The position numbers were made by a program, and so were the translations under genes. DNA of 54,158 nucleotides from an uncultured virus (IMG/VR IMGVR_UViG_3300026453_000533) (lineage: Duplodnaviria; Heunggongvirae; Uroviricota; Caudoviricetes): positions 62,001-116,158 of IMG/VR virus record IMGVR_UViG_3300026453_000533; one strand, written 5' to 3'. The notes beneath the pieces are model-generated. The model ran no database searches. It worked only from the letters and a program-made list of their open reading frames with translations, and was not told where the DNA came from. Shown in pieces: positions 28,609-39,169 of this stretch. The number at the start of each line of letters is the position of its first letter. Position 1 is the first letter of the stretch.

Positions 28609-29456
28609 ACAAAACGTACGTTATTGCAGAAATAGGTATTAATCATCAAGGTGATTTATCTATAGCTAAAAGATTAATTGATATTGCAGCAGCAGCAGGT
28701 TGTGATGCAGTTAAATTTCAAAAGAGAAATCCTGACGTCTGTGTACCTGAAGCACAGAAAAGTAAGCCGAGAAGTTGGCAAGGAGAAGAAATGACATACT
28801 TAGAGTATAAGTATAAAGTTGAGTTCGGCAAAGAAGAGTATGATGAAATTGATCGATACTGTAAGCAGCAAGGAATAGCATGGTCTGCATCACCTTGGGA
28901 TATGGACTCTGTAGAATTTTTAGAGCAGTATAACTTACCTTTTATTAAACTTCCTTCTGCATCGTTAACAGATGATGATTTACTTACTGCTTGTGTTGAA
29001 AGATTTCCAAAGGTTATTTTCTCAACTGGTATGTCTACTGAGGAAGAAATAGATCATGCAGTAGATACGCTTAGAACTGCTAAGGCATTCTATAACAAGA
29101 CAGAATCCATAGGACTTTTGCATTGCAATTCTACTTATCCTGCCCCTGTAGATGAACTTAACTTATCTGCTATAAAGACGTTAAAAGATAAATACCCAGA
29201 CTTCTCAATCGGATACTCAGGTCATGAAATGCTACTAGGTACTACAGTTGCATCTGTTCTTCTTGGAGCGGAAATAATTGAAAGACATATTACCCTTGAT
29301 AGAAATATGGAAGGATCAGACCATAGTGCTTCTGTTACTCCTCATGGACTATTTAAACTTATATCAGGTATACGGGAACTAGAACAAGCTTATGGAGACG
29401 GAAGCATCCAAGTAACTGAATCAGAAAAACCTGTTAGAGAAAAATTAAGAGGGTAG
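28605..29456 (+). CDS. neuB: N-acetylneuraminate/nonulosonate synthase, short form without SAF domain
   Basis: IAEIGINHQG, AVKFQ, STGMS, LHCNSTYP, GYSGHE, IERHIT, SDH. Confidence 0.93.
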   Translation: MNKTYVIAEIGINHQGDLSIAKRLIDIAAAAGCDAVKFQKRNPDVCVPEAQKSKPRSWQGEEMTYLEYKYKVEFGKEEYDEIDRYCKQQGIAWSASPWDMDSVEFLEQYNLPFIKLPSASLTDDDLLTACVERFPKVIFSTGMSTEEEIDHAVDTLRTAKAFYNKTESIGLLHCNSTYPAPVDELNLSAIKTLKDKYPDFSIGYSGHEMLLGTTVASVLLGAEIIERHITLDRNMEGSDHSASVTPHGLFKLISGIRELEQAYGDGSIQVTESEKPVREKLRG

Positions 29457-29458
29457 GC

Positions 29459-30181
29459 ATGATAGAGTTAATATCAGAATATAAGCTAGCTAAAGATTCA
29501 CCTGATCACCACTACCCTCAGGGTACTAAAAACGTTGCAGGTGGTCCGTATTATAATTGGCTAAACAATAAAAACCCTTTTGTAGCTGAAGTTCAAAATT
29601 ATTTTAATCGAAAAGATATTTCAGTATTAGACTTAGGAGCAGCTTCAGGAGTTTTAGTAGATGACTTTATAGTCAAAGGAGCAGATGCTGTAGGGTTAGA
29701 AGGGAGTGACTGGCCTATTAAAAACAACAGACCCAATTGGGATAAATATTCTGAAAAACTTTTTACCTGTGATATATCTAAACCCTTCACTATTGAAGAA
29801 AACAAATCTCTTAAAAAGTTTGACCTTATAATGGCCTGGGAAGTAATAGAACACTTACCTCCAGAAGAGTTACATCAATTTGCTGACAACGTATATAAGC
29901 ACCTTGACGATGATGGTATTTTTGTATTCTCCTTATCTCCTTGGTTTGAACCTTCAGTACATGATAATAAAGTTAATTTACATTTAGCACATGAGATTAA
30001 ATATAAAAAGGAATGGGCAAAAATATTTAATAAATTTAAATTCGTAGGACCTATTTCTGAAAAGCATGACAGTGGCTGGCATTACATATTTAAAAACCGG
30101 TATAGAGGAAAAGTAAGAGGGCCTGAAGGTGAAAAACATACATTTTGGAGTACGTTAATGAAACTTCCTACAGAGAGTTAA
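29459..30181 (+). CDS. class I SAM-dependent methyltransferase
   Basis: VLDLGAASG, FDLI..WEVIEH. Confidence 0.85.
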   Translation: MIELISEYKLAKDSPDHHYPQGTKNVAGGPYYNWLNNKNPFVAEVQNYFNRKDISVLDLGAASGVLVDDFIVKGADAVGLEGSDWPIKNNRPNWDKYSEKLFTCDISKPFTIEENKSLKKFDLIMAWEVIEHLPPEELHQFADNVYKHLDDDGIFVFSLSPWFEPSVHDNKVNLHLAHEIKYKKEWAKIFNKFKFVGPISEKHDSGWHYIFKNRYRGKVRGPEGEKHTFWSTLMKLPTES

Positions 30182-30184
30182 TCT

Positions 30185-30880
30185 ATGGATTTTGAAAAAA
30201 AATATAACGGTAAAGATATTTTAGTTATAGGAGGAGGAACTTCAACTAACGAAGTCAATTGGGAGAGGATAATCACCCCGGATACTTACATTTGGACTTG
30301 TAATGATTTTTATAGGAATAAAAGAGTTTCAGCACAGACTGTTGATTTATATCAATTATCTTATACAACAGACATAAGTGATAGTAGACTTATTTCGTAT
30401 TTGAATAAAACACAGCCGTTTACTTACTACGAGTCTTCTCACTACAGGGGTAAACAAAACACTGATGAATATATAAAATTTGCTAATTCCGTTAACTATA
30501 ATATTTACAAGATGGATATCGATATAGGCCAAATACAATATACATTAGCACAAAAATCAGGAGCAGTACTTAGACTGCTGTGCTTAGCATTAGTTACTGG
30601 AGCAAAGAATATATACTTTGTAGGCTATGACGGTTTTGATAAAGATTTTACTAACGTACATGCTTTTACTGGAACAAAAGGATTAAAAGATACAGACACA
30701 AGAAGAGATTGGGAGAAAGATTACTATAATGTATTTATGGAAGCATATATAATTTTAGGTAAAATAGATACAGAAAATAGATTACAAAATTTAGGAGAGG
30801 GTTTAGAATATAATTTAGGAACAGAAGCTTCAAAAAAGTATTTTCCCCTAAGAAAAGAAATATATGAAAAAATCAGATAG
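30185..30880 (+). CDS. putative sialyltransferase (GT42/CstII-like fold)
   Basis: ILVIGGGTS..E.NW.R, TCNDFY, KSG...LALVTGAKNIYFVGYD parallel CstII motifs (IAGNGPS, RCNQFY, TSG...ALGYKEIYLSGID). Confidence 0.65.
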   Translation: MDFEKKYNGKDILVIGGGTSTNEVNWERIITPDTYIWTCNDFYRNKRVSAQTVDLYQLSYTTDISDSRLISYLNKTQPFTYYESSHYRGKQNTDEYIKFANSVNYNIYKMDIDIGQIQYTLAQKSGAVLRLLCLALVTGAKNIYFVGYDGFDKDFTNVHAFTGTKGLKDTDTRRDWEKDYYNVFMEAYIILGKIDTENRLQNLGEGLEYNLGTEASKKYFPLRKEIYEKIR

Positions 30881-31550
30881 TATTGCTATAATAGTACAAG
30901 CGAGGTTAAACAGTCAAAGAGTCCCTCAAAAGATGGTAAGAGACTTTGCAGGTACTACTTTATTTGATGTTGTATTAGATAAACTAATCGCAGCATTCCC
31001 TCATAGCAAAGAACATATATGGGCTTCAGTATACGAAGACGAACTATTAAGTATTGCTGAAAATAAAGGAGTAAATATTTTCTATAGGAGTAAAGAATCA
31101 GCTAATAATGATAACTCTTTACAAAAGATTTATGAATGGCATGATAAGCTACCTAAAAATTATAAATACGTAATTCTAATCTCAGGGTGTAATCCTTTAC
31201 TTAAACCTGAAACTATTGGAAATTTTTATAATCAGTTCAAAAATCAAGTAGAAGAAAATTTATTTGCTGTAATAGAAAAGAAAACTTACTATTGGAATAA
31301 AGGAGGTGCTTTAGTTACTCCTTGGCCAGAAGATCAGACTATAATGAATACCAAAGCAGTAGAGCCTACATATGAAGCTGCTCACGTATTATATGCATCT
31401 AGATTGGATCTTATAAAGGAAGATAAATTTATGGGAGATTTTCAAGCCCCTGGAGGTATAAAATTATTTACTATGCCTGAACTTGAAGCATTTGATATAG
31501 ATTATGAATGGCAATTTGAATTAGGAGAGAAGTTATATGAGAAGCTTTAA
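30864..31550 (+). CDS. neuA: acylneuraminate cytidylyltransferase (CMP-nonulosonate synthetase)
   Basis: QARLNSQRVPQK, CNPLL, DIDYEWQF. Confidence 0.85.
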   Translation: MKKSDSIAIIVQARLNSQRVPQKMVRDFAGTTLFDVVLDKLIAAFPHSKEHIWASVYEDELLSIAENKGVNIFYRSKESANNDNSLQKIYEWHDKLPKNYKYVILISGCNPLLKPETIGNFYNQFKNQVEENLFAVIEKKTYYWNKGGALVTPWPEDQTIMNTKAVEPTYEAAHVLYASRLDLIKEDKFMGDFQAPGGIKLFTMPELEAFDIDYEWQFELGEKLYEKL

Positions 31551-32331
31551 GAATTTAATATTATCTACAAACGATAGTTACGAAAGAATAAAGTTACTTA
31601 AAGACGTATGTAAGGATGAAACTGTTTACTTAGTCACTTGCGGACCTTCTCTAACTACTCATGATAGAGAAAAACTCCTCAGCAAGTTAGAAGGTAAAAC
31701 TGTGCTAGCATGTAAGCAATCTTACGACTATGTTAAAGAAGTAGCATCCTTCCATCTGATGTCTGCTTATTCCTATCAACCATACGATTACTATTCAGAA
31801 GACACTATTGTGCATTGGCAGCTAACGGCTATGAATATGCCTTATGAAATTAATAGAATAAAAAATGAATGGAAATCTCCTGCTGATATTTTAGTTCCTT
31901 GTTACTCTACCCCTTGGGTAGATATGTACAATACAACAGCATATAGTAGAAGGTTTGACCAATTTGAATTATACAGCGAAGGGAAGATAATATGGGGTCC
32001 AGGTATAATGTATGAGTCCGGATTTGGACTAGCTATGCATTTAGGAGCTAAAGAGATAGTCACGATAGGTTGGGATATAGGAGATTTATCTAAATTTGAA
32101 AAGAAAAAAGGATTTAAGTTAGGAGATGAGGATTGGGTAAAAGAGCATGCAGAATCATTATACAAAACTCATGCAGGAGCAGGTCCTGACTACGAAGAAT
32201 TAAAAGAGACGATAGATAGTACGAAAGAAATGTATGATTATTTCTTGGATAAAGGAATAAAAATTCGTATATTATCAGATAATAACCCAGGCGATAATCG
32301 GTTTGAAAGAATTACTTTAGATGAGCTATAA
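31537..32331 (+). CDS. putative nonulosonate transferase (Maf/DUF115-GT42-like)
   Basis: YLVTCGPSL, LAMHLGAKEIVTIGWD. Confidence 0.6.
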   Translation: MRSFKNLILSTNDSYERIKLLKDVCKDETVYLVTCGPSLTTHDREKLLSKLEGKTVLACKQSYDYVKEVASFHLMSAYSYQPYDYYSEDTIVHWQLTAMNMPYEINRIKNEWKSPADILVPCYSTPWVDMYNTTAYSRRFDQFELYSEGKIIWGPGIMYESGFGLAMHLGAKEIVTIGWDIGDLSKFEKKKGFKLGDEDWVKEHAESLYKTHAGAGPDYEELKETIDSTKEMYDYFLDKGIKIRILSDNNPGDNRFERITLDEL

Positions 32332-33136
32332 ATTAATACTATATTGCAAAACATTTGGAAGAGATTTTCAAAGGGCTAAAAGGTTATTAGAGTCTGTACA
32401 AAAGCATAATAGAGATAACATTCCTTTTTTTATCTCTGCTCCGTCATCTGAATATAAGTTACTTAGAGATACTTTAGGTACAGACGGTTATGAATATATT
32501 ACTGATGAAAGTATATGGCAATTCAAATACCAAATGGACGGTTGGAGAAGTCAGCAGATAGTAAAATCAAACGTATGGAAAGCAGTACATACTGATAACT
32601 ATATATGTATCGACTCAGATCAATTCTTTATTAAAGATTTCTATATGAATGATTTTATTCATTCTTCCGGAACTATCTATTCTTTAGTTCATGAAAATAA
32701 AGAAGTACAGCAATATGAAAAAATACTATTCGGAAAAAACTATAGTGAAAACGGATACGTTAAAGCAGTAAAAGCATATAGAAGTGTTTTTGGAGAACAA
32801 CATAACAAAATTTGGGATTACGGTCCTCCTCCATATCACTGGTCTGTAGATGTATGGAAACATTTTGAAGAAAATTATTTAGAGCCAAATAATCTTACCT
32901 TTGAAACTTTTCAATTAGCAATGCAACAAGAGTATAATATAGCAATGAGAGAAGCTGTTACATACGGAGAGTATCTTATGGCAGCAAAACCAATAGACAT
33001 ATACCCTACAGCAGGTATATTCAAATTCTATCATTGGAAAGAGATGTATGATTTTGAGCAAGGTAATGGATTAGGATTAGAGGAGAATATAAAAGAAAAT
33101 TATTTAGGTATAACTTTACAAAGTAACTGGGCATGA
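32321..33136 (+). CDS. DUF6492-like putative glycosyltransferase
   Basis: GWRSQQIVK, IDSD.FFI. Confidence 0.65.
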   Translation: MSYKLILYCKTFGRDFQRAKRLLESVQKHNRDNIPFFISAPSSEYKLLRDTLGTDGYEYITDESIWQFKYQMDGWRSQQIVKSNVWKAVHTDNYICIDSDQFFIKDFYMNDFIHSSGTIYSLVHENKEVQQYEKILFGKNYSENGYVKAVKAYRSVFGEQHNKIWDYGPPPYHWSVDVWKHFEENYLEPNNLTFETFQLAMQQEYNIAMREAVTYGEYLMAAKPIDIYPTAGIFKFYHWKEMYDFEQGNGLGLEENIKENYLGITLQSNWA

Positions 33137-34023
33137 TAATATATCAAGTACACCATATGTGGTATGAGACAGCAATGATTCAAGAGTGCTGGGATTCTGT
33201 ATTAGCAGCGTTAAGAGCTTCTCCTGAAACAGATGTTAAGGTTGAAATATGTTTAAATAAGCAAACATATGTTGAGAAACCTAACGAAGGAATGAAAGTA
33301 GATAACTTCTTTTCTAAGCATTTAGATCATTCACTGTTTAAAGATCCTAGAACTTCAGTTACTGTTAAAACTGATAATCAACCTTTTTACAATATAGCAG
33401 ATTGGAGAAGAGAAGTTTATGATCCAGAAGCTAAATACACAGTCTGGGGTGAGACAGATACAATACTACCAAGAGACTTTTTTGCTATTTTAGATAAAGT
33501 TGAAATTGAACAGCAACACGTTCTTACTTTTGCAGGAAGGCCAATGTGGGATAACAGCTGGGATGGAGTTACGCATGAAAGACTTAGAGGTTATTCTAAA
33601 CCTTGTCAATGTACCCCAGACCATAAAGAGGATTGTATAGAGTTATTAGAAGAGCCTTATAAGTATAAAGATTATATTAATCAAACTCAATTAGATAAAT
33701 TTAATGATGAATCAGGAGATATAATTCTTGAACAAGTTCCTTGGAAAATAGACGGCAGTACAGTTTGCATCTCTAAAGGATTCGAAACTCCTTTTATAGC
33801 TCCGGGAATGCATTTCGTTAGAGAAGATACTTGCTTTGAATATTTTATTAGGAAGAAAAAGATACCTCAAGTCTGTGTTGTTAGTAGACTAAAAGGACAT
33901 AATTATAAACATCCTAGCAAAAGAACAGGAACATTTGCTACTAGAAATGATGAAGTATTTAAAAAATATGCATCAGAAAGTATGCATGCAATGAATTCAT
34001 TTATATATAATTTAAAAGTATGA
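33133..34023 (+). CDS. putative GT-A glycosyltransferase-like protein
   Basis: WGETD, REDT; position within the glycan locus. Confidence 0.45.
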   Translation: MIIYQVHHMWYETAMIQECWDSVLAALRASPETDVKVEICLNKQTYVEKPNEGMKVDNFFSKHLDHSLFKDPRTSVTVKTDNQPFYNIADWRREVYDPEAKYTVWGETDTILPRDFFAILDKVEIEQQHVLTFAGRPMWDNSWDGVTHERLRGYSKPCQCTPDHKEDCIELLEEPYKYKDYINQTQLDKFNDESGDIILEQVPWKIDGSTVCISKGFETPFIAPGMHFVREDTCFEYFIRKKKIPQVCVVSRLKGHNYKHPSKRTGTFATRNDEVFKKYASESMHAMNSFIYNLKV

Positions 34024-34853
34024 TAACCTTTTGCATTAGTACATATAATAATTTACCTTATCTTGAATTAGCAATTCAATCAGTAAGACAGCATTCTTAT
34101 TGGAAAAATGCACCTTTTATTATTCATGCAGAGAACTGTGATGATGGAACTGATGAATGGTTGGAAGAAAATGCTGCTCAGTATAGCTTAGAATATTACA
34201 TAGATAAGAATGATAAACCAAAAGGTATAGGAGGAGGAATGAATTTTTGTGCTGAGAAAGTAAAGACAGAGTATATCATGTTCCTACACTCAGACTTCTA
34301 TGTTACTCCTAATTGGGATTTAGAACTGATGAAAGTTCACGAGAAATATAACAATGATAAGCTTTGGGTTAATTCTTTTAGAATAGAACCTAATATGTTT
34401 AACGATCAAGATAGACCAGGTACTCATTTTGTACCTAAAGATGCATTTGGAGCTTACCACGGAGACTTTAAACCAGAAGGGCTATTAGAGTATGCTAAGT
34501 TAATAGCATTAAAGAATGATTTTGAAATACCTAAAGGTGAAGGAGTTTCCGGACTAGTTAAAAAGAGCTGGTGGGATGAGATAGGAGGCAACGATCCTCT
34601 ATTTGCTCCTACATCATGGGATGATTATGATTTGTTCCTTCGTATGTTAAATGAAGGAGGTAAATTTCTCATGCCAACTAAGTCTATCGTTTGGCACTTT
34701 GGTGCTAGAGGTTCTCATAGATTAGAAGAGAATAATAATCAATCATCAGAAAGACAAAGAAAAGCTGAGCAAGCTAATGCACAGAAGTTTTTTAACAAGT
34801 GGGGAGGACTACCTGTTAAAGATGAATATGGAATGATAAAAGGTATAGGATGA
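34020..34853 (+). CDS. glycosyltransferase family 2
   Basis: ISTYN, DDGT, FLHSD, IGGND..F, DDYDL. Confidence 0.9.
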   Translation: MITFCISTYNNLPYLELAIQSVRQHSYWKNAPFIIHAENCDDGTDEWLEENAAQYSLEYYIDKNDKPKGIGGGMNFCAEKVKTEYIMFLHSDFYVTPNWDLELMKVHEKYNNDKLWVNSFRIEPNMFNDQDRPGTHFVPKDAFGAYHGDFKPEGLLEYAKLIALKNDFEIPKGEGVSGLVKKSWWDEIGGNDPLFAPTSWDDYDLFLRMLNEGGKFLMPTKSIVWHFGARGSHRLEENNNQSSERQRKAEQANAQKFFNKWGGLPVKDEYGMIKGIG

Positions 34854-35989
34854 AACATACAGTAATAATACCCTCATATAATACACTACCACATCTTAAG
34901 AACACTTACGAGAGCTTAAGAAGATATGGTGGGGATGTAGATATACTTATAATCGATGATGCTTCAGAAGATGGTACAGCTAATTGGTTACTGAAAGAAT
35001 TAAAAGACGATAATGTACAAGCAATAATATCTAGAGAAAGAAAAGGACACACATACTGGTATGATGAAGGTATGAGAATAGCTAAGACAGATGTAGTATC
35101 AATTCTTCATTCTGATATGATTATAGGTCCAGGCTATTTTGAAAATATGTTAAAGCATTTAGAGAGAGGAAAAGTAGTGTGTGCTACTAGAATAGAGCCT
35201 CCAATACATCCAGCTGGAAAAGAAAAAATAGTTAGAGATTTTGGAGATGATGCTCATAAATTTATGTGGGATGCATTCGAAACATTCACTAGAGAAGAGT
35301 CTCTAAAGGAGAAAGACAGTACCTCAAGAGGTATTTTTGCTCCCTGGATACTGTATAAGGAAGATCATTTATCAATTGGTGGACACGATCAAAGGTTTGC
35401 TCCCTACGGTTATGAAGATTCTGATATTTTTAATAGGTGGATAAATCATGGATATGAAATGGTTCAATCTAGAGATGCCCTCTGTTACCATATGACATGT
35501 AGAGGTCATAAATGGAATAAAGGAGTAGGAATAGAAAATCCTGACTATAGAGATATAATGTCGAGATGCGAAAGAGAGTTTATTAGAAAATGGGGTGATT
35601 GGATACTTAACGACGAATATCAGTATCCTACTATTAATCCTAAGTACGATAAAGGCTTTATAATTAAAAACTGTAACGATAATTTATTAACTCAATTGGA
35701 ACCTTGGGCGGATACATGTTATGTTGATATAAATTATAAACTATATCTTGCTGAAGAGCAAGAAAGAACGGTGTTAAATCTAAATGATCGTATTAAACCG
35801 TTGGATAATCCAAAAAATAATCATATATTAATAGAAATAAACGGTGAAACGTTTACAACTCAGGATTATATTTATATTAGACAATTGAGTGCTATTTTAA
35901 ATCACAATAAACCCACAGCTGGTAAATTTAATTTAGGCAACTTAACAATAGAAATTATAAAATATGAAGAAGAAAACATACTTAATTGA
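34850..35989 (+). CDS. glycosyltransferase family 2
   Basis: IIPSYN, DDASEDGT, LHSD, GGHD.RF..EDSD. Confidence 0.9.
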   Translation: MKHTVIIPSYNTLPHLKNTYESLRRYGGDVDILIIDDASEDGTANWLLKELKDDNVQAIISRERKGHTYWYDEGMRIAKTDVVSILHSDMIIGPGYFENMLKHLERGKVVCATRIEPPIHPAGKEKIVRDFGDDAHKFMWDAFETFTREESLKEKDSTSRGIFAPWILYKEDHLSIGGHDQRFAPYGYEDSDIFNRWINHGYEMVQSRDALCYHMTCRGHKWNKGVGIENPDYRDIMSRCEREFIRKWGDWILNDEYQYPTINPKYDKGFIIKNCNDNLLTQLEPWADTCYVDINYKLYLAEEQERTVLNLNDRIKPLDNPKNNHILIEINGETFTTQDYIYIRQLSAILNHNKPTAGKFNLGNLTIEIIKYEEENILN

Positions 35990-36166
35990 GTTTACTTATT
36001 TTGACGGACAAAAAGAAGAAGTAAGCCTTACATCAGACAACATAGAATGGTCAATTGAACAGTATTCTAGGAATAGAAAAATCGTTGGACATCAAATTTT
36101 AAACGAAGGCACCAGTAATAGTAAACAAATGCTATTTGGTTGATATTTATATAAAACACTATTCAA

Positions 36167-36523
36167 ATGAAGAAATTAGAAGAAGCTATTAAAAGTATAT
36201 TAAACGAAGCTGCTAAAATAAACTTTGCAGGTCATACTTTTGTTTTAAAAATTGATACAAACGAAGATCCTCAGAAGAAAGGAGTCAAGGTACAGTTCCT
36301 TCCTACTAAGTTTGGTTCAATTACAACAACCGAACAGAACGATATAGCGATAGAGCTAGAAAAAAGACTTGAAGCAGGATTAAGCAAATACGAACTTAGA
36401 GTAGAAAGAGATCGTAACCTTAAGGATAAAACTATCATAGGCTTTTTTATCTATATTGAATACTTTGATAAAATTATTAGAAAAGCTCTTTCAAATCAGA
36501 ACCCGTCTATAGAAAAACAATAA
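36167..36523 (+). CDS. hypothetical protein
   Basis: 118 aa ORF after TATTTAT at 36144. Confidence 0.7.
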   Translation: MKKLEEAIKSILNEAAKINFAGHTFVLKIDTNEDPQKKGVKVQFLPTKFGSITTTEQNDIAIELEKRLEAGLSKYELRVERDRNLKDKTIIGFFIYIEYFDKIIRKALSNQNPSIEKQ

Positions 36524-36702
36524 ATTAACTTTAAAACTAAAAACATATATGTCAGAGTATTTCTTTTTCATCAGAACAGATAAGAATAAAGAAAGTATTA
36601 ACAAAGGTAAATTTGCATCAAAATCAATTGCAAAAACAACCTTTGCTCGTCATAAAAAGTTATCGTTAGAAGAATTTAATAAATTGTTTAAAGTAGAAGA
36701 GT

Positions 36703-37116
36703 ATGACAAGCGCCGACCCTAAAAAGAGAATAAGACAAATTCTACATTCTGTACACCCTATTCCTTTTAGAATTAAATATAAGGAACCATCTCGTGAGCA
36801 TATGAATAAAATGATATTTGTAAGAGTTATTAATAACTTAAAGAAAATAGAAGATAGGAGAGACTTTCTCCTAGACGAAATAGGAATGGATATGACTGCT
36901 TACGAAGACCAGTTTTTCTCTATTATAGAAGATCTATTCAAAATGACCTTTTCTAAAGAACAGCTTGCTTTAATACAAATGTACCTATATCAATTAGTAC
37001 CCGATAAAGACTGGGATGGTACAATTACAATTGAGACAAAAAGCAAAGGAGAAAAAGTAGTAAATTTTGAAACTGCTCAAGATGTTTGGGATGTATTAAA
37101 AACATTAGATAAGTAA
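36703..37116 (+). CDS. hypothetical protein
   Basis: 137 aa ORF. Confidence 0.7.
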   Translation: MTSADPKKRIRQILHSVHPIPFRIKYKEPSREHMNKMIFVRVINNLKKIEDRRDFLLDEIGMDMTAYEDQFFSIIEDLFKMTFSKEQLALIQMYLYQLVPDKDWDGTITIETKSKGEKVVNFETAQDVWDVLKTLDK

Positions 37117-37174
37117 CAAATAAGTTGCTTCTTAATATATTTTTTCGTATCTTTAAGCTTAAAATAAGTTATAT

Positions 37175-37534
37175 ATGAATACACAAAACCTAAAGATGAT
37201 TCCTTGCCCTCAATGTGGTACGGACTTTCCAGAACTAAGATTAACTAAGTACGGATACAACTACTGTGTTGATTGTTCTGATGTTAAAAAGAAAGTCGCA
37301 GTTACTACAGTAGAAGGTTCAGGAGATCATACCTATAATGACTTGATCATTATGGATGCAGACCAGTACAGAAGTATTGCTGCTAAAGAAGCTGAATTGA
37401 AAGGTGATAAGCAAGCACTTATTGAGCTACTAGATTTAGAGAAAGATGAGATGGCAGTCTCTCAATCTATGAAAGAAGCTGTAGATAATGCATTAGCACC
37501 TGACGAATACGACCCGGATGGCCCGACCTTCTAA
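37175..37534 (+). CDS. C4 zinc-finger protein, TraR/DksA-like
   Basis: CPQCG..FPELRL......CVDC. Confidence 0.55.
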   Translation: MNTQNLKMIPCPQCGTDFPELRLTKYGYNYCVDCSDVKKKVAVTTVEGSGDHTYNDLIIMDADQYRSIAAKEAELKGDKQALIELLDLEKDEMAVSQSMKEAVDNALAPDEYDPDGPTF

Positions 37535-38147
37535 AATACTTACTAAAGAGGATATACTTCGAGCACAAAAAGTTACTCGTTCTAATATGGCAGCAGCCAG
37601 ATATCTACACGTTTCTTATAATCACTATAAGAAGTATGCTAAGATGTATAAGAATGATGATGGAATTACTTTGCTCGAAGTACATAAGAACCAAGCTGGT
37701 GAAGGCATACCAAAGTTTGCTGTAGCCGGTATTGATAATATTCCTCTTATGGATGTATTAGAAGGTAGAGTTCCAATAGAGCATTTCGATCCTAGAAAGA
37801 TAAAAGCTAGACTTCTAAGTGAAGGAAAGTTGGTAGAGGTTTGTAGCTCCTGTAGTTTTTCAGAAAGAAGAGTAACTGATCAAAAAATACCAGTTATATT
37901 AAATTTCAAAGATGGAAACAAAAAAAATTGGCATTTAGATAATTTAGAGTTTCTCTGTTACAATTGCTCTTACCTGTATGCAGCTTCACCTATTGATGAG
38001 AAACAAGCAGAGGCAATGGAAGACTACGTAAGAACTAAGAAAGACGAACCGGATTGGGAATTGGATTCTCATCACATTGAACACCTAAAAGAATTAGGGC
38101 TGTATGACGATGAATCCCCTGGGGAAGAGTATATCTCTAAATTATAG
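37518..38147 (+). CDS. HTH + degenerate HNH/zinc-binding protein
   Basis: AAARYLHVSY; CSSC...DGNKKNW...NL..LCYNC. Confidence 0.6.
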   Translation: MARPSKILTKEDILRAQKVTRSNMAAARYLHVSYNHYKKYAKMYKNDDGITLLEVHKNQAGEGIPKFAVAGIDNIPLMDVLEGRVPIEHFDPRKIKARLLSEGKLVEVCSSCSFSERRVTDQKIPVILNFKDGNKKNWHLDNLEFLCYNCSYLYAASPIDEKQAEAMEDYVRTKKDEPDWELDSHHIEHLKELGLYDDESPGEEYISKL

Positions 38148-38325
38148 AACTATTTATTATTATGGGAAAAAAGAAAACAAATAAATTTTCTACCTTCAAA
38201 AAGAAGAAGCCTCTAGAGAGAAAAGTTGCTGATGATTTAGTAAAGCAACATGAGCGCAATGAAAAGTTACGCGACAAGAAGATCAATACTTCGTTTTTAG
38301 ATCTTTTCTAACCTAAATAAATCAT

Positions 38326-38916
38326 ATGAAAAATATATCGAAAATTACCTTAGCTGTTATTGCTATGTTTACAATAATGGCTTTTACTTCGTACAACAGT
38401 ACTAGATACATGGCTCCATTAGAAATTGCCATGAAGCCGGCAGAATTATTGCCAATAGAACCAAAAATAGAATTAGTTGAAATAGAATTACCAGCTAATA
38501 CCCACAAAGATTTTTTAGAAGCAATTGGTCATAGAGAATCTGGCAACAGGTATAACATTGTAAACAAATACGGGTACATGGGTAGATACCAATTTGGTAA
38601 ATCTACTTTAAAAGGATTAGGATTTAAAATTACTCAAGATGAATTTTTAAATAGTCCTTACATACAAGAAAAAGCTATGCAAGCTCTATTAGAACATAAT
38701 AAGAAAAAACTAAAAAAAATAATAGATGAGTATTGCGGAAGAGAATTCAAAGACATTTATATTACTGAATCTGGAATATTAGCAGCAGCACATTTAGCCG
38801 GTCAAGGTAATGTAAAAAAATTCTTTAAAAGAGGAAGAGAATTTAAAGATGGATTTGGTACCTCAATGACTTCTTATTTAGATAACTTTAGTGGATATCA
38901 GTTGGATCTTAACTAA
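38326..38916 (+). CDS. exported lysozyme-fold/lytic transglycosylase-like protein
   Basis: Signal peptide; RESG..Y, YMGRYQFG, LAAAHLAG. Confidence 0.7.
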   Translation: MKNISKITLAVIAMFTIMAFTSYNSTRYMAPLEIAMKPAELLPIEPKIELVEIELPANTHKDFLEAIGHRESGNRYNIVNKYGYMGRYQFGKSTLKGLGFKITQDEFLNSPYIQEKAMQALLEHNKKKLKKIIDEYCGREFKDIYITESGILAAAHLAGQGNVKKFFKRGREFKDGFGTSMTSYLDNFSGYQLDLN

Positions 38917-38950
38917 TTTTTTCGTATATTTAGTATAAATAATAAAGGTT

Positions 38951-39169
38951 ATGATTAGAAAAAAAGAAGCTAAAACCGGTCCTATCATTATAGACCTTAC
39001 TGGTCCCGACGGTAACGCTTATGCTTTGATGGCTTATGCTAAACGATTTGCTAGAGAGCTTGGCTTAGATGGTGAAGAAATAATTAGTAATATGATGTCA
39101 GGAGACTATGAAAACTTACTCCAAGTATTTGATGAGAATTTTGGTTCATTTGTAATTTTAGAAAGGTAA
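38951..39169 (+). CDS. conserved small phage protein
   Basis: LTGPDGNAY...SGDYE.LL; early-type promoter at 38902. Confidence 0.75.
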   Translation: MIRKKEAKTGPIIIDLTGPDGNAYALMAYAKRFARELGLDGEEIISNMMSGDYENLLQVFDENFGSFVILER

